Positions 36,335 through 46,285 of a DNA stretch of 64,000 bases are shown piece after piece (the first letter of the stretch is position 1; each line of letters opens with the position of its first letter). Location: the NCBI GenBank assembly GCA_951812955.1, contig OX638340.1, positions 128,001 through 192,000 of the forward strand, given 5' to 3'. The notes below the pieces were generated by a model that saw only the letters and a list, made by a program, of their open reading frames with translations, ran no database searches and was not told the DNA's origin. The translations under genes and the position numbers were made by a program. This stretch comes from an uncultured Gemmatimonadota bacterium. Lineage in GTDB: Bacteria > JAAXHH01.

Positions 36335-38563
36335 TCAGAGGAAACTCAGGTGGCGTTTCCTGTCGTTGACCCGTCCGATGCAGGCCGCCTGTTCGTATCC
36401 GGCGTCCCGGAGTTTCGCGATCACCTCTTCTTCCCGTGATGAAGGTACGCCGGCCAGAAGGCCTCCCGATGTCTGGGGATCGTAGAGGATGGCGTCTGCT
36501 ACGCCGGTTTCGGCCTCGACTTTCCACCTCTTCTGTAGATGTTCGCGGTTGGACGGCGCCAGCGTGCTTTCCACACCGGCCGCAATACACTCCTCGGTGC
36601 CCGCGTAACGGGGTATCCGATCTATTTCGAGCTCCGCGCTGGTGCCGCTGGCTTCGAGCATTTCGGCCAGGTGGCCCGCCAGGCCGAAGCCGGTCACGTC
36701 GGTGACTGCCGGAATCCCGACTTGCTTGAGGATGCTCGCCGCTTCACCGTTGGATTTCAGCATGCCCTCGAAGACCTCGTCGATCCAGGTGCCCTTCGCC
36801 TTCAGGTGCATGTCGGCTGCGAGTATGACTCCCGTGCCGACGGGCTTGGCCAAGATGATCCCGTCACCGGGACGCAGTCCGCCCTTTCTGAAAACCGAAT
36901 CGCTTCCGGCCAGACCGTTCATGGTCACGCTGACGGCCGTTTCCGAACCTTCGCTGGTATGGCCGCCCAGAAGCGTGATACGCAAGCGCCGCGCCTCTTC
37001 CGCGATCCCGCCCATGAGCTGTCTCAGATCGTTCGCCACGAGGTGTTTCTCCGCGTAGGGCAGGGTGACCGTAACGAGCGCCGAATGAGGTTCGGCCCCC
37101 ATGGCATATAGGTCGGACGCGGCGTGGACCAGGGCGATGCGGCCGAAGAGATGCAGGTCGCCTGTGAATGCGCGGAATCCGTCCACGGTCTGCACCAGCG
37201 ACCGGCCCGGAGGTATCTCCAGGAGCGCGGCGTCGTCGGCGTCATGCAGGCCGATCCGCACGTCCTCCCGGTCGAATACCTCCAGTTCATCGAGTACGCC
37301 GGTCAACACGGTCGAACCGACCTTGGCGCCGCACCCTGCACAGCGCATGGCGGCCTCGTCCGCGTCTCTGCCAGTTTCCTTACCGGAGGGCAGCGAATCG
37401 CCGGCCGGTTCCATGGGCGGCAGCAGCGAGGGATCGAACTTTCGCATCCACCGCTGGTCAATCCAGTTCTTCAGTCGCCATACCCACGCCCCATGGAATG
37501 AAATGTGGCGCCGGCTCGCGACGGCGTTCCGCGTACCGGTCATGAGCAGTGCGAGCGCCGAGGCCTGGGGCCTGAACGGAACCAGGGGGCGCTGCTCCAG
37601 CCATGCGTGGATATTCCGTGCGAGAATTGGCCCTTCCCGGACGGCGTATACCCCCGATTTAGGAAGGGGGCGTGACTCGAACTCGATGCAATCCCCCGCC
37701 GCGAAGACATTGTCGTAATCCATGGCCTGCAGCGTGGGGCGTACCCGGATGAAGCCGTTCCCGCTGGTTTCCAGGTTCGTCCGTTTCAGCAGGTCCGGCG
37801 ACGCTCCACCCGTGGCCCAGAGCAGGAAATCGCAGGGCAAGGATGAATGGTCCTCGAAATGGACGCCGTCCTCGTCCACCGCAGACACCCGAAGGCCCGT
37901 CAGGCACGTGATCCCCTTCTCTTCGAGATACCGCATGATCGTCCTGGCTACCCTGGGATTATGGCCGGTCAGCAAAGTGGACTGCGATTCCACAAGCGTG
38001 ATCTCTACCGGCGCGAAACGTACGCCCCACCTGGAGTGCATGGCGAAGGCCAGTTCCGCGCCGGCCGCACCGCCGCCCGCGATGACGATCCGCAGGGGTT
38101 GTCCGTCTGCGCGATAGTTTTTTTCGAACTGGTGAACCCTTCGCAGCAGCCTGCCGAGCGGTCTCGTGGGTACGGCGTTCTCACGCACGCCCGGGGTATC
38201 CAGGCCCCTGGGAATCGAACCGATATTGACCGATAGGGCATCGTAGGCCAGGGGCGGCCTGCCATCCTCGAAAAAAACCTGCTGGATTACGGGATCGATG
38301 GCGTCTACCCTTGCCCTAATGAACCGGATTCCCGCCCACGCGCACAGGGGCCTTAGTTCCATTTCCATTTCATCGGGTCGGTACAACCCGGCCAGGCAGC
38401 CGGGGAGCATTCCTGAATAGCAGACGCTGGATTCGTCTGAAATGAGCGTAACGCGGACGTCTCGAAGGGCTTTTTTCATGGTCAACATGCGGATTACCTG
38501 CACATGGGCGTGTCCGCCGCCGACCAGTACGAGGTCTTTCTTATAGGGTGATGCCTGGTTCAT
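36335..38563 (-). CDS. selD: Bifunctional fusion of an NADH-dehydrogenase-like FAD-dependent pyridine-nucleotide-disulfide oxidoreductase domain (N-terminus) with selenide, water dikinase SelD (C-terminus)
   Basis: The N-terminus has LVLVGGGHAH FAD-binding and later GGGAAG Rossmann motifs. The C-terminal half has the SelD N-terminal Cys/Lys motif (RCAGCGAKVG) and the AIR-synthase-like PurM fold. 742 aa. Confidence 0.8.
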   Translation of the reverse strand: MNQASPYKKDLVLVGGGHAHVQVIRMLTMKKALRDVRVTLISDESSVCYSGMLPGCLAGLYRPDEMEMELRPLCAWAGIRFIRARVDAIDPVIQQVFFEDGRPPLAYDALSVNIGSIPRGLDTPGVRENAVPTRPLGRLLRRVHQFEKNYRADGQPLRIVIAGGGAAGAELAFAMHSRWGVRFAPVEITLVESQSTLLTGHNPRVARTIMRYLEEKGITCLTGLRVSAVDEDGVHFEDHSSLPCDFLLWATGGASPDLLKRTNLETSGNGFIRVRPTLQAMDYDNVFAAGDCIEFESRPLPKSGVYAVREGPILARNIHAWLEQRPLVPFRPQASALALLMTGTRNAVASRRHISFHGAWVWRLKNWIDQRWMRKFDPSLLPPMEPAGDSLPSGKETGRDADEAAMRCAGCGAKVGSTVLTGVLDELEVFDREDVRIGLHDADDAALLEIPPGRSLVQTVDGFRAFTGDLHLFGRIALVHAASDLYAMGAEPHSALVTVTLPYAEKHLVANDLRQLMGGIAEEARRLRITLLGGHTSEGSETAVSVTMNGLAGSDSVFRKGGLRPGDGIILAKPVGTGVILAADMHLKAKGTWIDEVFEGMLKSNGEAASILKQVGIPAVTDVTGFGLAGHLAEMLEASGTSAELEIDRIPRYAGTEECIAAGVESTLAPSNREHLQKRWKVEAETGVADAILYDPQTSGGLLAGVPSSREEEVIAKLRDAGYEQAACIGRVNDRKRHLSFL

Positions 38564-38919
38564 GAATATCTCGAGTTAGAATCTTCATCGCGACGATCCA
38601 GCGAATATCGGGACGATTCCGGGAATTCGGCAATCTTTGGATGAGAACCCGCTTTGTACATCCCGATTGACCTGGTGATCACGTAACCACGCTAAAACGG
38701 ACGATATCGGGCGAATGCGAGCGAGTACGAAATATACAATGTAACATCAGGCGGTCAAAAGGCCATATTGAACCGAATGGTATGGGCCGTACGGGGACGA
38801 TTCCGTTGCCCGCTCAACCTTGACAGGCCCTGTAGATTAACCATGCGTGATCACCGTGTAAAAAGCGCGCATTCAAGCATGAATCGAAGTCGGAACAACA
38901 CCACTATAGAGGAGTTTAG

Positions 38920-39444
38920 ATGGCTTTCAATATCAAAAAACGCGGCAAACTGACCTACTATTACCACGGGGACAGCCCGGTGCTGTCGGCCCTGGTGACC
39001 GAAGAGCAGTCCGACGGCGACCTGAGGATCTATTTCGCCGGGCTGACGGGCGGCTATTCGGCCAAGGGCGTGCTGGAACGGGACGAGTTGGTCTCGATGG
39101 AACCGGAGCAGGAGATCCCCCTCGTGTTTCAGAGCTGGGAGAGGTGGCTGATCGACGCCGGACTGTGCAGTTCGCTCAGGGAAATCGATTTTATTGAGGT
39201 GCACGCCTTCGGATGCCAGCCCAAGTCTCCGAATCCCCTCGTGGACCCAATTGGGTACGCCGCGGAGCAGGACCGGCTAAAAGAAGCCTACGCCCGCGCG
39301 TACAGCGGGTTCTTCCGGGATTACCTGCCGGATAACGGGGTTCCATGCCGCTTCACGGTCCACCTCGTAGACGTGCCCGACAAGGCCGCGTCTTACGAAT
39401 TCTATTCCACGGCGCTCTGGCAACGGTCGCTGCAATCCGATTAG
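38920..39444 (+). CDS. Hypothetical protein (no family recognised)
   Basis: 174-aa ORF with a good RBS (GAGGAG, 5 nt, ATG). Its GC content is typical of coding sequence. Confidence 0.5.
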   Translation: MAFNIKKRGKLTYYYHGDSPVLSALVTEEQSDGDLRIYFAGLTGGYSAKGVLERDELVSMEPEQEIPLVFQSWERWLIDAGLCSSLREIDFIEVHAFGCQPKSPNPLVDPIGYAAEQDRLKEAYARAYSGFFRDYLPDNGVPCRFTVHLVDVPDKAASYEFYSTALWQRSLQSD

Positions 39445-39607
39445 TCCCAAACAGGCGCGTTCGTCTGATCGACGGGTGAACAACCTGTACAGCATGGCCG
39501 ACTGTGTTTCGGCAGAAATCTCTGCAGTCCGGTTCCTCCGGATGACCGGATGGTTCTGTCGCTTCGGGACGGTCGAACACCCGTAGCTGGCCGCACCCAT
39601 AACCGGC

Positions 39608-39636
39608 TTGACACCCATCCGGTTCAGGATCATATT
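39608..39636 (+). promoter_or_regulatory. Candidate sigma70-type promoter for the RraA-like/sulfatase operon
   Basis: TTGACA at 39608-39613, a 17-nt spacer, then CATATT at 39631-39636, about 75 nt upstream of the ATG at 39711 (RBS GGAAGGAG). Confidence 0.4.
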
Positions 39637-39710
39637 CACCGGGTTGCATCCACCGTTCAGCCTGTTTTATTCCCGATCCGCTGCCGTAAGCACCCTGGAA
39701 GGAGCAACGC

Positions 39711-40448
39711 ATGTCCGCGCGGTCCTCGCAGGAGGCGCTGGAAGCGCTGAAACAGTTCGATACGCCCTCGATTACGAACGTGGTGGCGACCTACCCGACC
39801 CACCCCCTCTGCCTGGGCCTGTACAATCCCTGGTCGGAGAACTGGTATACCGATCAGACCATCAAGTGCATCTATCCCGATCTCGGGCGCACCGTGGGCT
39901 ATGCCGTCACGTGCGTATTCGGTCTTCCCGAGCCGGGCTTCAAGAACCTTTCCTTCCTGGACGTGATCGATGCCCTGGACGCATCCCCGCAACCGACGAT
40001 TCTGGCAATCCAGCAGAAATTTCCCCCGGAGATCGCCGGCAAGGTGGGGCTCGCCGGCGGTAATATGACCGCTTCTGCCAAGGCGGTGGGATGTGTGGGG
40101 GTCGTCTCGAACGGACCCTCCCGCGATATCGACGAGATCCGCCCCATGAAGGTACAGTATCTGCTCAGCGGAATTACGCCGGGACATGGCGACATGGCCG
40201 TGCACGCGGTGAACGTGCCCGTATCCGTTGGCGGAATGGACGTGGCCCCGGGCGAGATCATCCACATGGACGAGAACGGCGCCTGCAAGTTCCCGGCCAA
40301 CAAACTGGACGCGGTGCTCGAAAACGCCACGGCGCTTGCGGTCGAGGAAGAGTCCCGCATCGCCGCCTTCCAAAGCGCGCGCAATGCCGACGATGTCCGG
40401 GCTATCCTGGGCGGACACAGCTACGGCAAGAAAGAAGAGGCTGAATGA
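39711..40448 (+). CDS. RraA-family protein (RNase E inhibitor / 4-hydroxy-4-methyl-2-oxoglutarate aldolase / demethylmenaquinone methyltransferase-like fold)
   Basis: RraA-like fold motifs (…AGGNMTASAKAVGCVGVV…GITPGHGDM…). The stop overlaps the next ATG (ATGA). Confidence 0.7.
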   Translation: MSARSSQEALEALKQFDTPSITNVVATYPTHPLCLGLYNPWSENWYTDQTIKCIYPDLGRTVGYAVTCVFGLPEPGFKNLSFLDVIDALDASPQPTILAIQQKFPPEIAGKVGLAGGNMTASAKAVGCVGVVSNGPSRDIDEIRPMKVQYLLSGITPGHGDMAVHAVNVPVSVGGMDVAPGEIIHMDENGACKFPANKLDAVLENATALAVEEESRIAAFQSARNADDVRAILGGHSYGKKEEAE

Positions 40449-41926
40449 AATGCGTCTTTGTCGTACTTGATACCGTCCGCCGGGACTTCCTGTCCTCATA
40501 CGGCAACGACTGGGTCCATACGCCGGCCCTCGACCGTCTGGCCGAGCGAGGCGTCGTTTTCGACAACCACTGGGTAGGTTCGCTTCCGTGCATGCCCGCG
40601 CGCCGGGAGTTCATGACCGGCAGGTACAACTTCATCTACCGGGGCTGGGGACCCATCGAGCCCTACGACGACACCCTGCCCGGCGAGTTGCGTAAGAACG
40701 AAGTATTCACCCACTTGCTGACCGATCATTACCACTATTTCGAACTCGGCGGCGAGAACTACCACACGGCCTTCAACACCTGGGACTTCTTCCGAGGCCA
40801 GGAAAACGACTGGTGGGCGTCCCACGTGGACCGGATGGCCCTGCCGGATCACCTGGGGCAGCTCACGCAGCAGAACTATGGCAACCGCAAGCTGCAGCAG
40901 CGGGAGGAAGACTTCTCCGGTCCCAAGACCGCGCAGGCGGCCATCGAGTGGCTGAAGTCGAACCAGGCGGCGGAGGACTGGTTCCTTCAGGTCGAGATCT
41001 TCGATCCCCACGAACCCTTCTATTGCACGGAGAAGTATAGGTCCATGTACGGGGACGATTACAAAGGCCCCTTTTACGACTGGCCGAGTTACGACGAAGT
41101 GCACGAGTCGCCGGAAGCCATAGACCACGTCCGGAAGTGCTATGCCGGGCTGCTTACGATGACGGACCACTGGGTCGGCAAGATCTTCGACACCCTCGAC
41201 GAACTTGGGTTGTGGGAAGATACCCTGGTCGTGTTCACCACGGATCACGGCACCATGCTGGCCGAGCATGATTTCTGGATGAAGAACATTATGCCGCTGT
41301 ACAACGAGATCGTCCGCATTCCCCTGATCGCCAGTCTGCCCGGCAACGAGAGAGCCGGAACGCGGACCGGCGCGCTCACGCAGACCATCGACCTGATGCC
41401 GACCTTTCTCGACTACTTCGATACACCGCCGCCGCCCCACGTGCAGGGTACGTCGTTGCGCGGGATGCTGGACGGCGAAGGCGTGCGATCGGACGGCATT
41501 TTCGGATATTTCGGCATGGCGATGAACATCACCGACGGCCGGTACGTGTACATGCGCAACCCGGTGAACGAGGATGCCGGCCCCCTCTACGCCTATACGG
41601 CCATGCCCACCGGCGGCCTGAACCGCTGGTATCCGCGGGAGGTGTACGACCGGGTGGAAACGGGCCGCTACTTCGGCCACACCTACAACCTGCCGCTGTA
41701 CAAGATCCCGACGGAGGGCAAGGTCCCGAGGCACCATCCAGACGAGGCGTCCTACGCGGGGCGCAACCAGCTGTTTGACGTGGTCGCCGATCCCGCTCAA
41801 CAGCACCCGATCGTCGATCCGGAACTGGAAAGGCATTTCACCGACGGGATTGCCCGGCACCTTGAAACCTGCGAGGCCATGCCGGAGCAGTTCGCCCGGC
41901 TCGGTATCGACCCGCCCGGCGCATAG
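40445..41926 (+). CDS. Cys-type sulfatase (formylglycine-dependent arylsulfatase family)
   Basis: Signature C-M-P-A-R-R-E-F-M-T-G-R (C-x-P-x-R-x4-T-G) and an N-terminal metal-binding DxxR…D motif. Confidence 0.9.
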   Translation: MKCVFVVLDTVRRDFLSSYGNDWVHTPALDRLAERGVVFDNHWVGSLPCMPARREFMTGRYNFIYRGWGPIEPYDDTLPGELRKNEVFTHLLTDHYHYFELGGENYHTAFNTWDFFRGQENDWWASHVDRMALPDHLGQLTQQNYGNRKLQQREEDFSGPKTAQAAIEWLKSNQAAEDWFLQVEIFDPHEPFYCTEKYRSMYGDDYKGPFYDWPSYDEVHESPEAIDHVRKCYAGLLTMTDHWVGKIFDTLDELGLWEDTLVVFTTDHGTMLAEHDFWMKNIMPLYNEIVRIPLIASLPGNERAGTRTGALTQTIDLMPTFLDYFDTPPPPHVQGTSLRGMLDGEGVRSDGIFGYFGMAMNITDGRYVYMRNPVNEDAGPLYAYTAMPTGGLNRWYPREVYDRVETGRYFGHTYNLPLYKIPTEGKVPRHHPDEASYAGRNQLFDVVADPAQQHPIVDPELERHFTDGIARHLETCEAMPEQFARLGIDPPGA

Positions 41927-42094
41927 CGTATTGCACGATGGAGGGATCCGTTGGGCGGTACGCGGAACGAGCAGGCCGGAAAAACCCAATACGCGGAACA
42001 AGCAGTACGCGGACCAAGCAGGCCAGAGCCTGCAAGGTACGAGCTGCGATAAATGGTTCGCTGTAACGAGTACGCAGATACAAGGGGTAAGCTG

Positions 42095-43891
42095 ATGATT
42101 CACCGCCTTCGTCGCCAGGCGCCGGTTTTCGTCGCGGCCGTACTTGCGCTGTCATTTCTGCAATGCGGCGCGCAGCCCGATCCTGATGAGACCGAAGAAG
42201 GCAGCGGCCCCCAGCTGTTGTTCGGTCAGACCGCGGAGATGAAAGAGGCTGCCCACGCCGCGTTGATGGAACGTCTTCCTGAAGATGCCGCGCCCCTGGA
42301 GTACCAGGTGTTCCGGTACATGGCCGCCGAACCCAAGAGCATGGACCAGGGCGTCTCGATTTACGTGGCCGGCGGCAGCGAATTCCACTTCGAAAGGCTC
42401 GCCATGTTCGGTGTGAATGGGGAGCTCATCCCGGGTGCGGCGGATTCCTGGGAGACCACGGAAGACGGGAAGACTTGGACCTTTCACCTGCGCCGGGACG
42501 CACGGTGGAGCGACGGACGGCCCGTCACCGCGCACGATTTCGAATACACCTTCAAGCGGTTCCTCCATCCGAACGCGGGCAACGTTTACGCCTTTCTCTA
42601 CTACGATATCAAGGGCGCCCGGGCATACAACCAGCGGGAAACGGACGATGTCGACACCGTGGGGGTCTGGGCCGTGGACGACTATACCCTGGTCATAGAG
42701 ACGGAACAATCCTGCGCCTTCCTGCCCCATATCACCGCCTACCTGACCTCCGCACCCGTTCCCCCGTGGCAGGTCGAGAAGTATGGGGACCAGTGGGCGC
42801 TCGCCGGCACCTGCCTGACCAATGGGCCCTTTCAACTCGAGACCTGGAAAACGGGCCAGTACATGACCTTCGGCCTGAATCCCCATTACTCCGGCCCCAA
42901 TCCCGGCCATCTCCGCCAGATCGTCCGCATATTCAACGCCATGGTTGGCTCGGTCAGCGCGTCGAACGACATGGGGCTGCTGCCCTACGAAAATGACGAG
43001 ATCGACGTAATCGATATCAGCCCCATGGTCTACGGCGGCCTGCGCGGCGACCCGGAGTGGAACGAACCCGCGTGGACTTACGACCAGTTCACGACGATCT
43101 ACCTTTTCTTCCGGACGCGTCAGCCCCCCTTCGACAACCTCAAGGTCCGCCAGGCCTTCGCCCATGCCATCGACAAAGTGTCGCTGAACGAGACGATTCT
43201 CCAGGACATGATGATTCCCGCCTATACCATGCTTCCGCTCCATTTCCCAGGTTACGTCGGGGATAAATACCAGGACCACCAGCGGTTCGACGTGGAACTC
43301 GCCCGGCAACTGCTCGCGGAGGCGGGTTATCCGGACGGCAGGGGTTTTCCGCGGATGGATATCTGGCTCGCCGACGCGACGCCCGCTTCTTCCATCAGCC
43401 AGGCTGCCCAGGCGTTACAGGAGATGCTCAAGGAGAATCTGAATATCCAGATCGGCATCCGGAACACGGAAGGGGCCGCGTACCGGTCGGCCATGTACAA
43501 CTGGGACATGCCCATGAGCATCGTCGGTTTCAACTACGACTTCCCCGATCCCCATAGCATGCTCGGCATCATCTGGCGATCACAGCCCAGGGGCTATACC
43601 CGCCACGACTGGCTGAATCCGGCCTTCGACCGGCTGATCGACATGGCTGCCGGGGAGCTGCATCACGAGGCCCGCATGGCCATGTACGACGAGGCCGAAG
43701 GGATTCTCGCCTCCGAGGCCGCCGCGGTCTTCCTGTGGCATGTCAATACCTACCAGTTGCGCAAGCCGTGGTTGAAGGGGTTCAAGGAAGACCGGTGGGG
43801 CAATTTTCCCAATTACCGGAACGCGGGCACGTATTACGACCTCTACATTGGGAAAGAGGCCGTGGAAAGCGATCGCCGCATTGATTACTGA
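42095..43891 (+). CDS. ABC transporter substrate-binding protein, family 5, lipoprotein-type signal; paralog of 30283..31953
   Basis: MIHRLRRQAPVFVAAVLALSFLQCG lipobox-like signal. ~600 aa SBP_bac_5 fold. The ORF opens at 42053. Confidence 0.8.
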   Translation: MIHRLRRQAPVFVAAVLALSFLQCGAQPDPDETEEGSGPQLLFGQTAEMKEAAHAALMERLPEDAAPLEYQVFRYMAAEPKSMDQGVSIYVAGGSEFHFERLAMFGVNGELIPGAADSWETTEDGKTWTFHLRRDARWSDGRPVTAHDFEYTFKRFLHPNAGNVYAFLYYDIKGARAYNQRETDDVDTVGVWAVDDYTLVIETEQSCAFLPHITAYLTSAPVPPWQVEKYGDQWALAGTCLTNGPFQLETWKTGQYMTFGLNPHYSGPNPGHLRQIVRIFNAMVGSVSASNDMGLLPYENDEIDVIDISPMVYGGLRGDPEWNEPAWTYDQFTTIYLFFRTRQPPFDNLKVRQAFAHAIDKVSLNETILQDMMIPAYTMLPLHFPGYVGDKYQDHQRFDVELARQLLAEAGYPDGRGFPRMDIWLADATPASSISQAAQALQEMLKENLNIQIGIRNTEGAAYRSAMYNWDMPMSIVGFNYDFPDPHSMLGIIWRSQPRGYTRHDWLNPAFDRLIDMAAGELHHEARMAMYDEAEGILASEAAAVFLWHVNTYQLRKPWLKGFKEDRWGNFPNYRNAGTYYDLYIGKEAVESDRRIDY

Positions 43892-44050
43892 GGCACCCGG
43901 CGATGATCGCGCCCGGCCTTCGGATCGCGTCCTGCGACTATCACGCTCGGCCTCCGGATTGACTGCGTGTTTCGCATAGAAGCATCGGTTTTTCCTGAGG
44001 CTTGCAGATTGACCACAGAACGTCGATAAAGAAAACGGACAGGCTCACCC

Positions 44051-44875
44051 ATGGAAAACGAACACCAGTACGCCAAGATGACCGACGCGCAGCGTGAGCA
44101 TCTGGACCAGTACGGCTATCTGGTTATCGAAGACGCGTTGCCCCCAGCCGTTGTAGGCGAGTTGAACGCAGGCATCGACGAAGTGTACGACAGAGCCTGG
44201 AACGAAGGCAAGCTGGGGGATAAAGACGATCTGAACTTGCGGAACTGCATTGTGGCACACGACGCCTTTCTTCAGTTGCTCGACTGGCCGGCGACGATCC
44301 CGCTGGCCTGGGGCGCGCTCAGCTGGAACATCCAGATGATCACCTCCCACCTGATCGTGCTTCCGTCCGGACCGGAACCCTCCGAGGAGGCCAAGCGCGG
44401 GCATGGCATGCACCGCGACGGCGGCCGTTCCTTCGTCGAAATGCAAGAGCCCCATCCCCGCATCCTGCTGAAGATCGCCTACGTACTCAGCGACCAGACG
44501 GACCCGGCATCGGGCGCCACGGCCCTGGTGCCCGGCAGCAACCGGATCACGGGAGAACCGCCGCGGGATCCGGCCACTGGATGGCCATATGGCGCTATCC
44601 AGATGAACCTGCCCGCCGGAAGCGCCTTCCTGTTCGAACAGCGCACCTTTCACAGCATCGGGAAGAACTGGTGCGGCCAGGACCGCCGGACCATCTTCAT
44701 GGGGTATGCCTACCGCTGGGTAAAGCCCATGGACTATATCCAGATGCCGAAGTCGCTCGTGGACCGCTGCACTCCCCTGCAGAAGCAGTTGATCGGCGAA
44801 GTGGGCGACGCACTGAGCTACTATCTGCCGGAGGAAGAGGACGTTCCCCTCAAGGCGTATCTGGAAGGGAAATGA
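44051..44875 (+). CDS. PhyH-family Fe(II)/2-oxoglutarate dioxygenase
   Basis: PhyH-like motifs (DQYGYLVIEDALP…HRDG…). Confidence 0.75.
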   Translation: MENEHQYAKMTDAQREHLDQYGYLVIEDALPPAVVGELNAGIDEVYDRAWNEGKLGDKDDLNLRNCIVAHDAFLQLLDWPATIPLAWGALSWNIQMITSHLIVLPSGPEPSEEAKRGHGMHRDGGRSFVEMQEPHPRILLKIAYVLSDQTDPASGATALVPGSNRITGEPPRDPATGWPYGAIQMNLPAGSAFLFEQRTFHSIGKNWCGQDRRTIFMGYAYRWVKPMDYIQMPKSLVDRCTPLQKQLIGEVGDALSYYLPEEEDVPLKAYLEGK

Positions 44876-44884
44876 GGTCCGCAC

Positions 44885-46240
44885 ATGGCCAATGTCCTCC
44901 TGCTCATGTCCGACGAGCACAATCCGTTCTACGCTTCAGTCTACGGCCATTCCTTCGTGCATACCCCGGCCATGGACCGGCTCGCGGAGAACGGGGTCGT
45001 CTACGAGAGCGCCTACTGTCCCTCGCCCCTGTGCACGCCCAGCAGGTCCGCCTTCATGTCGGGACGCCGGGTCCACCAGATACAGGCCTATTCCAACTGC
45101 ACAATCGGCGTGGAGCCGGATATACCGACCTATGGACGCGCCCTGGCCGAACAGGGGGTTCATTCCGTGCACGTGGGCAAGACCCACGTTTACGCTCCGA
45201 GCAGTGGACTGGGATTCCGTGAGACGCGGAACGCCGTGGAGAATATGGGCGCCGGCGATCTGGAAATCGGCCGCCGTCCTTTCCGTATCAGGCGAGCGGC
45301 CGCGGAACGGGCCACCCAGTTCGGCGTGAAAGCATCGCATCTCCGGGTCGACCTGGACCGCGTCGACGCCGCCATAGACTGGATATCAAATACCGCGCCG
45401 ACCCTGGATACGCCGTGGACGCTCTCGGTAAACATCATCCATCCCCACTTCCCCCACTATACGTCGCAGGAACTCTGGGATCTCTATCCGCAAGGCGGCG
45501 ATCTGCCGGAGTACGGGACGGATCGGGAGACTGCGAACCACCCCAGGGCACGGGAAGTCAGGGAGCACTTCCAGACGGACGCGTTCACCGAGGAACAGGT
45601 ACGGGGACAGCGGCGGGGATACCTGGCGTGCGTGACGTTCGTGGACCGGCAGCTGGCGCGGCTTATCGAAGCGCTGAAGGCATCGGGACAATACGACGAT
45701 ACGAATGTCATTTACACGTCGGACCACGGCGAAATGCTTGGAAAGTTCGGCATGTGGTGGAAGTGTTCTCTCTACGAAGACGCGAGCCGGATCCCATGCA
45801 TCGCGGCGGGACCCGATTTTCCTGCGGATCTGCGCGTGTCGACGCCGGTGGACCTCCACGATGTACAGGCGAGCCTCTTCGAATCGACCGGCGCCGACCG
45901 TCCAATCGACTGGGTGGGGCGGCCTCTGCAGAACATGCCCGAACAGGATGACCAGCGCGTCGTTTTCTCCGAATACCATGGCCACGGCGTTCGCCAAAGT
46001 GCCTTCATGATCCGAAAAGGCAGATGGAAGTACATTCACCACCTTAACGCGCCGCACCAACTGTTCGACCTGGACCGGGATCCCGATGAACTGCAGAACG
46101 TGCATGGCGCGTGCGCCGAGGTGGCCGCAGACCTGGAGCGGGAGCTCCGCGCGATCTGCGATCCGGAAGTGGAGAACGACCGCGCGGATCGATTCATTGA
46201 AACGCAACTTGCGTCCATGTCGTCGAGTGGCCCATCGTAG
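44885..46240 (+). CDS. Cys-type sulfatase
   Basis: Signature C-T-P-S-R-S-A-F-M-S-G-R and the N-terminal LLLMSDEHN motif. Confidence 0.9.
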   Translation: MANVLLLMSDEHNPFYASVYGHSFVHTPAMDRLAENGVVYESAYCPSPLCTPSRSAFMSGRRVHQIQAYSNCTIGVEPDIPTYGRALAEQGVHSVHVGKTHVYAPSSGLGFRETRNAVENMGAGDLEIGRRPFRIRRAAAERATQFGVKASHLRVDLDRVDAAIDWISNTAPTLDTPWTLSVNIIHPHFPHYTSQELWDLYPQGGDLPEYGTDRETANHPRAREVREHFQTDAFTEEQVRGQRRGYLACVTFVDRQLARLIEALKASGQYDDTNVIYTSDHGEMLGKFGMWWKCSLYEDASRIPCIAAGPDFPADLRVSTPVDLHDVQASLFESTGADRPIDWVGRPLQNMPEQDDQRVVFSEYHGHGVRQSAFMIRKGRWKYIHHLNAPHQLFDLDRDPDELQNVHGACAEVAADLERELRAICDPEVENDRADRFIETQLASMSSSGPS

Positions 46241-46285
46241 CGAGCCCATCGTAACAAGCCCATCTGAATAAGCAAACGGAGCGAA

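Noticed and set aside
36436-38265. Several plus- and minus-strand ORFs of 85-205 aa inside the SelD fusion gene region
   Set aside because: All lie in alternative frames of a gene with strong domain evidence. Their composition is Arg/Ala/Pro-rich.
40496-42103. 535-aa ORF on the minus strand antisense to sulfatase 1
   Set aside because: It lies entirely antisense to a gene with clear family motifs. The translation is Arg/Gly/Pro/Val-rich low-complexity, typical of spurious ORFs in high-GC DNA, and matches no family.
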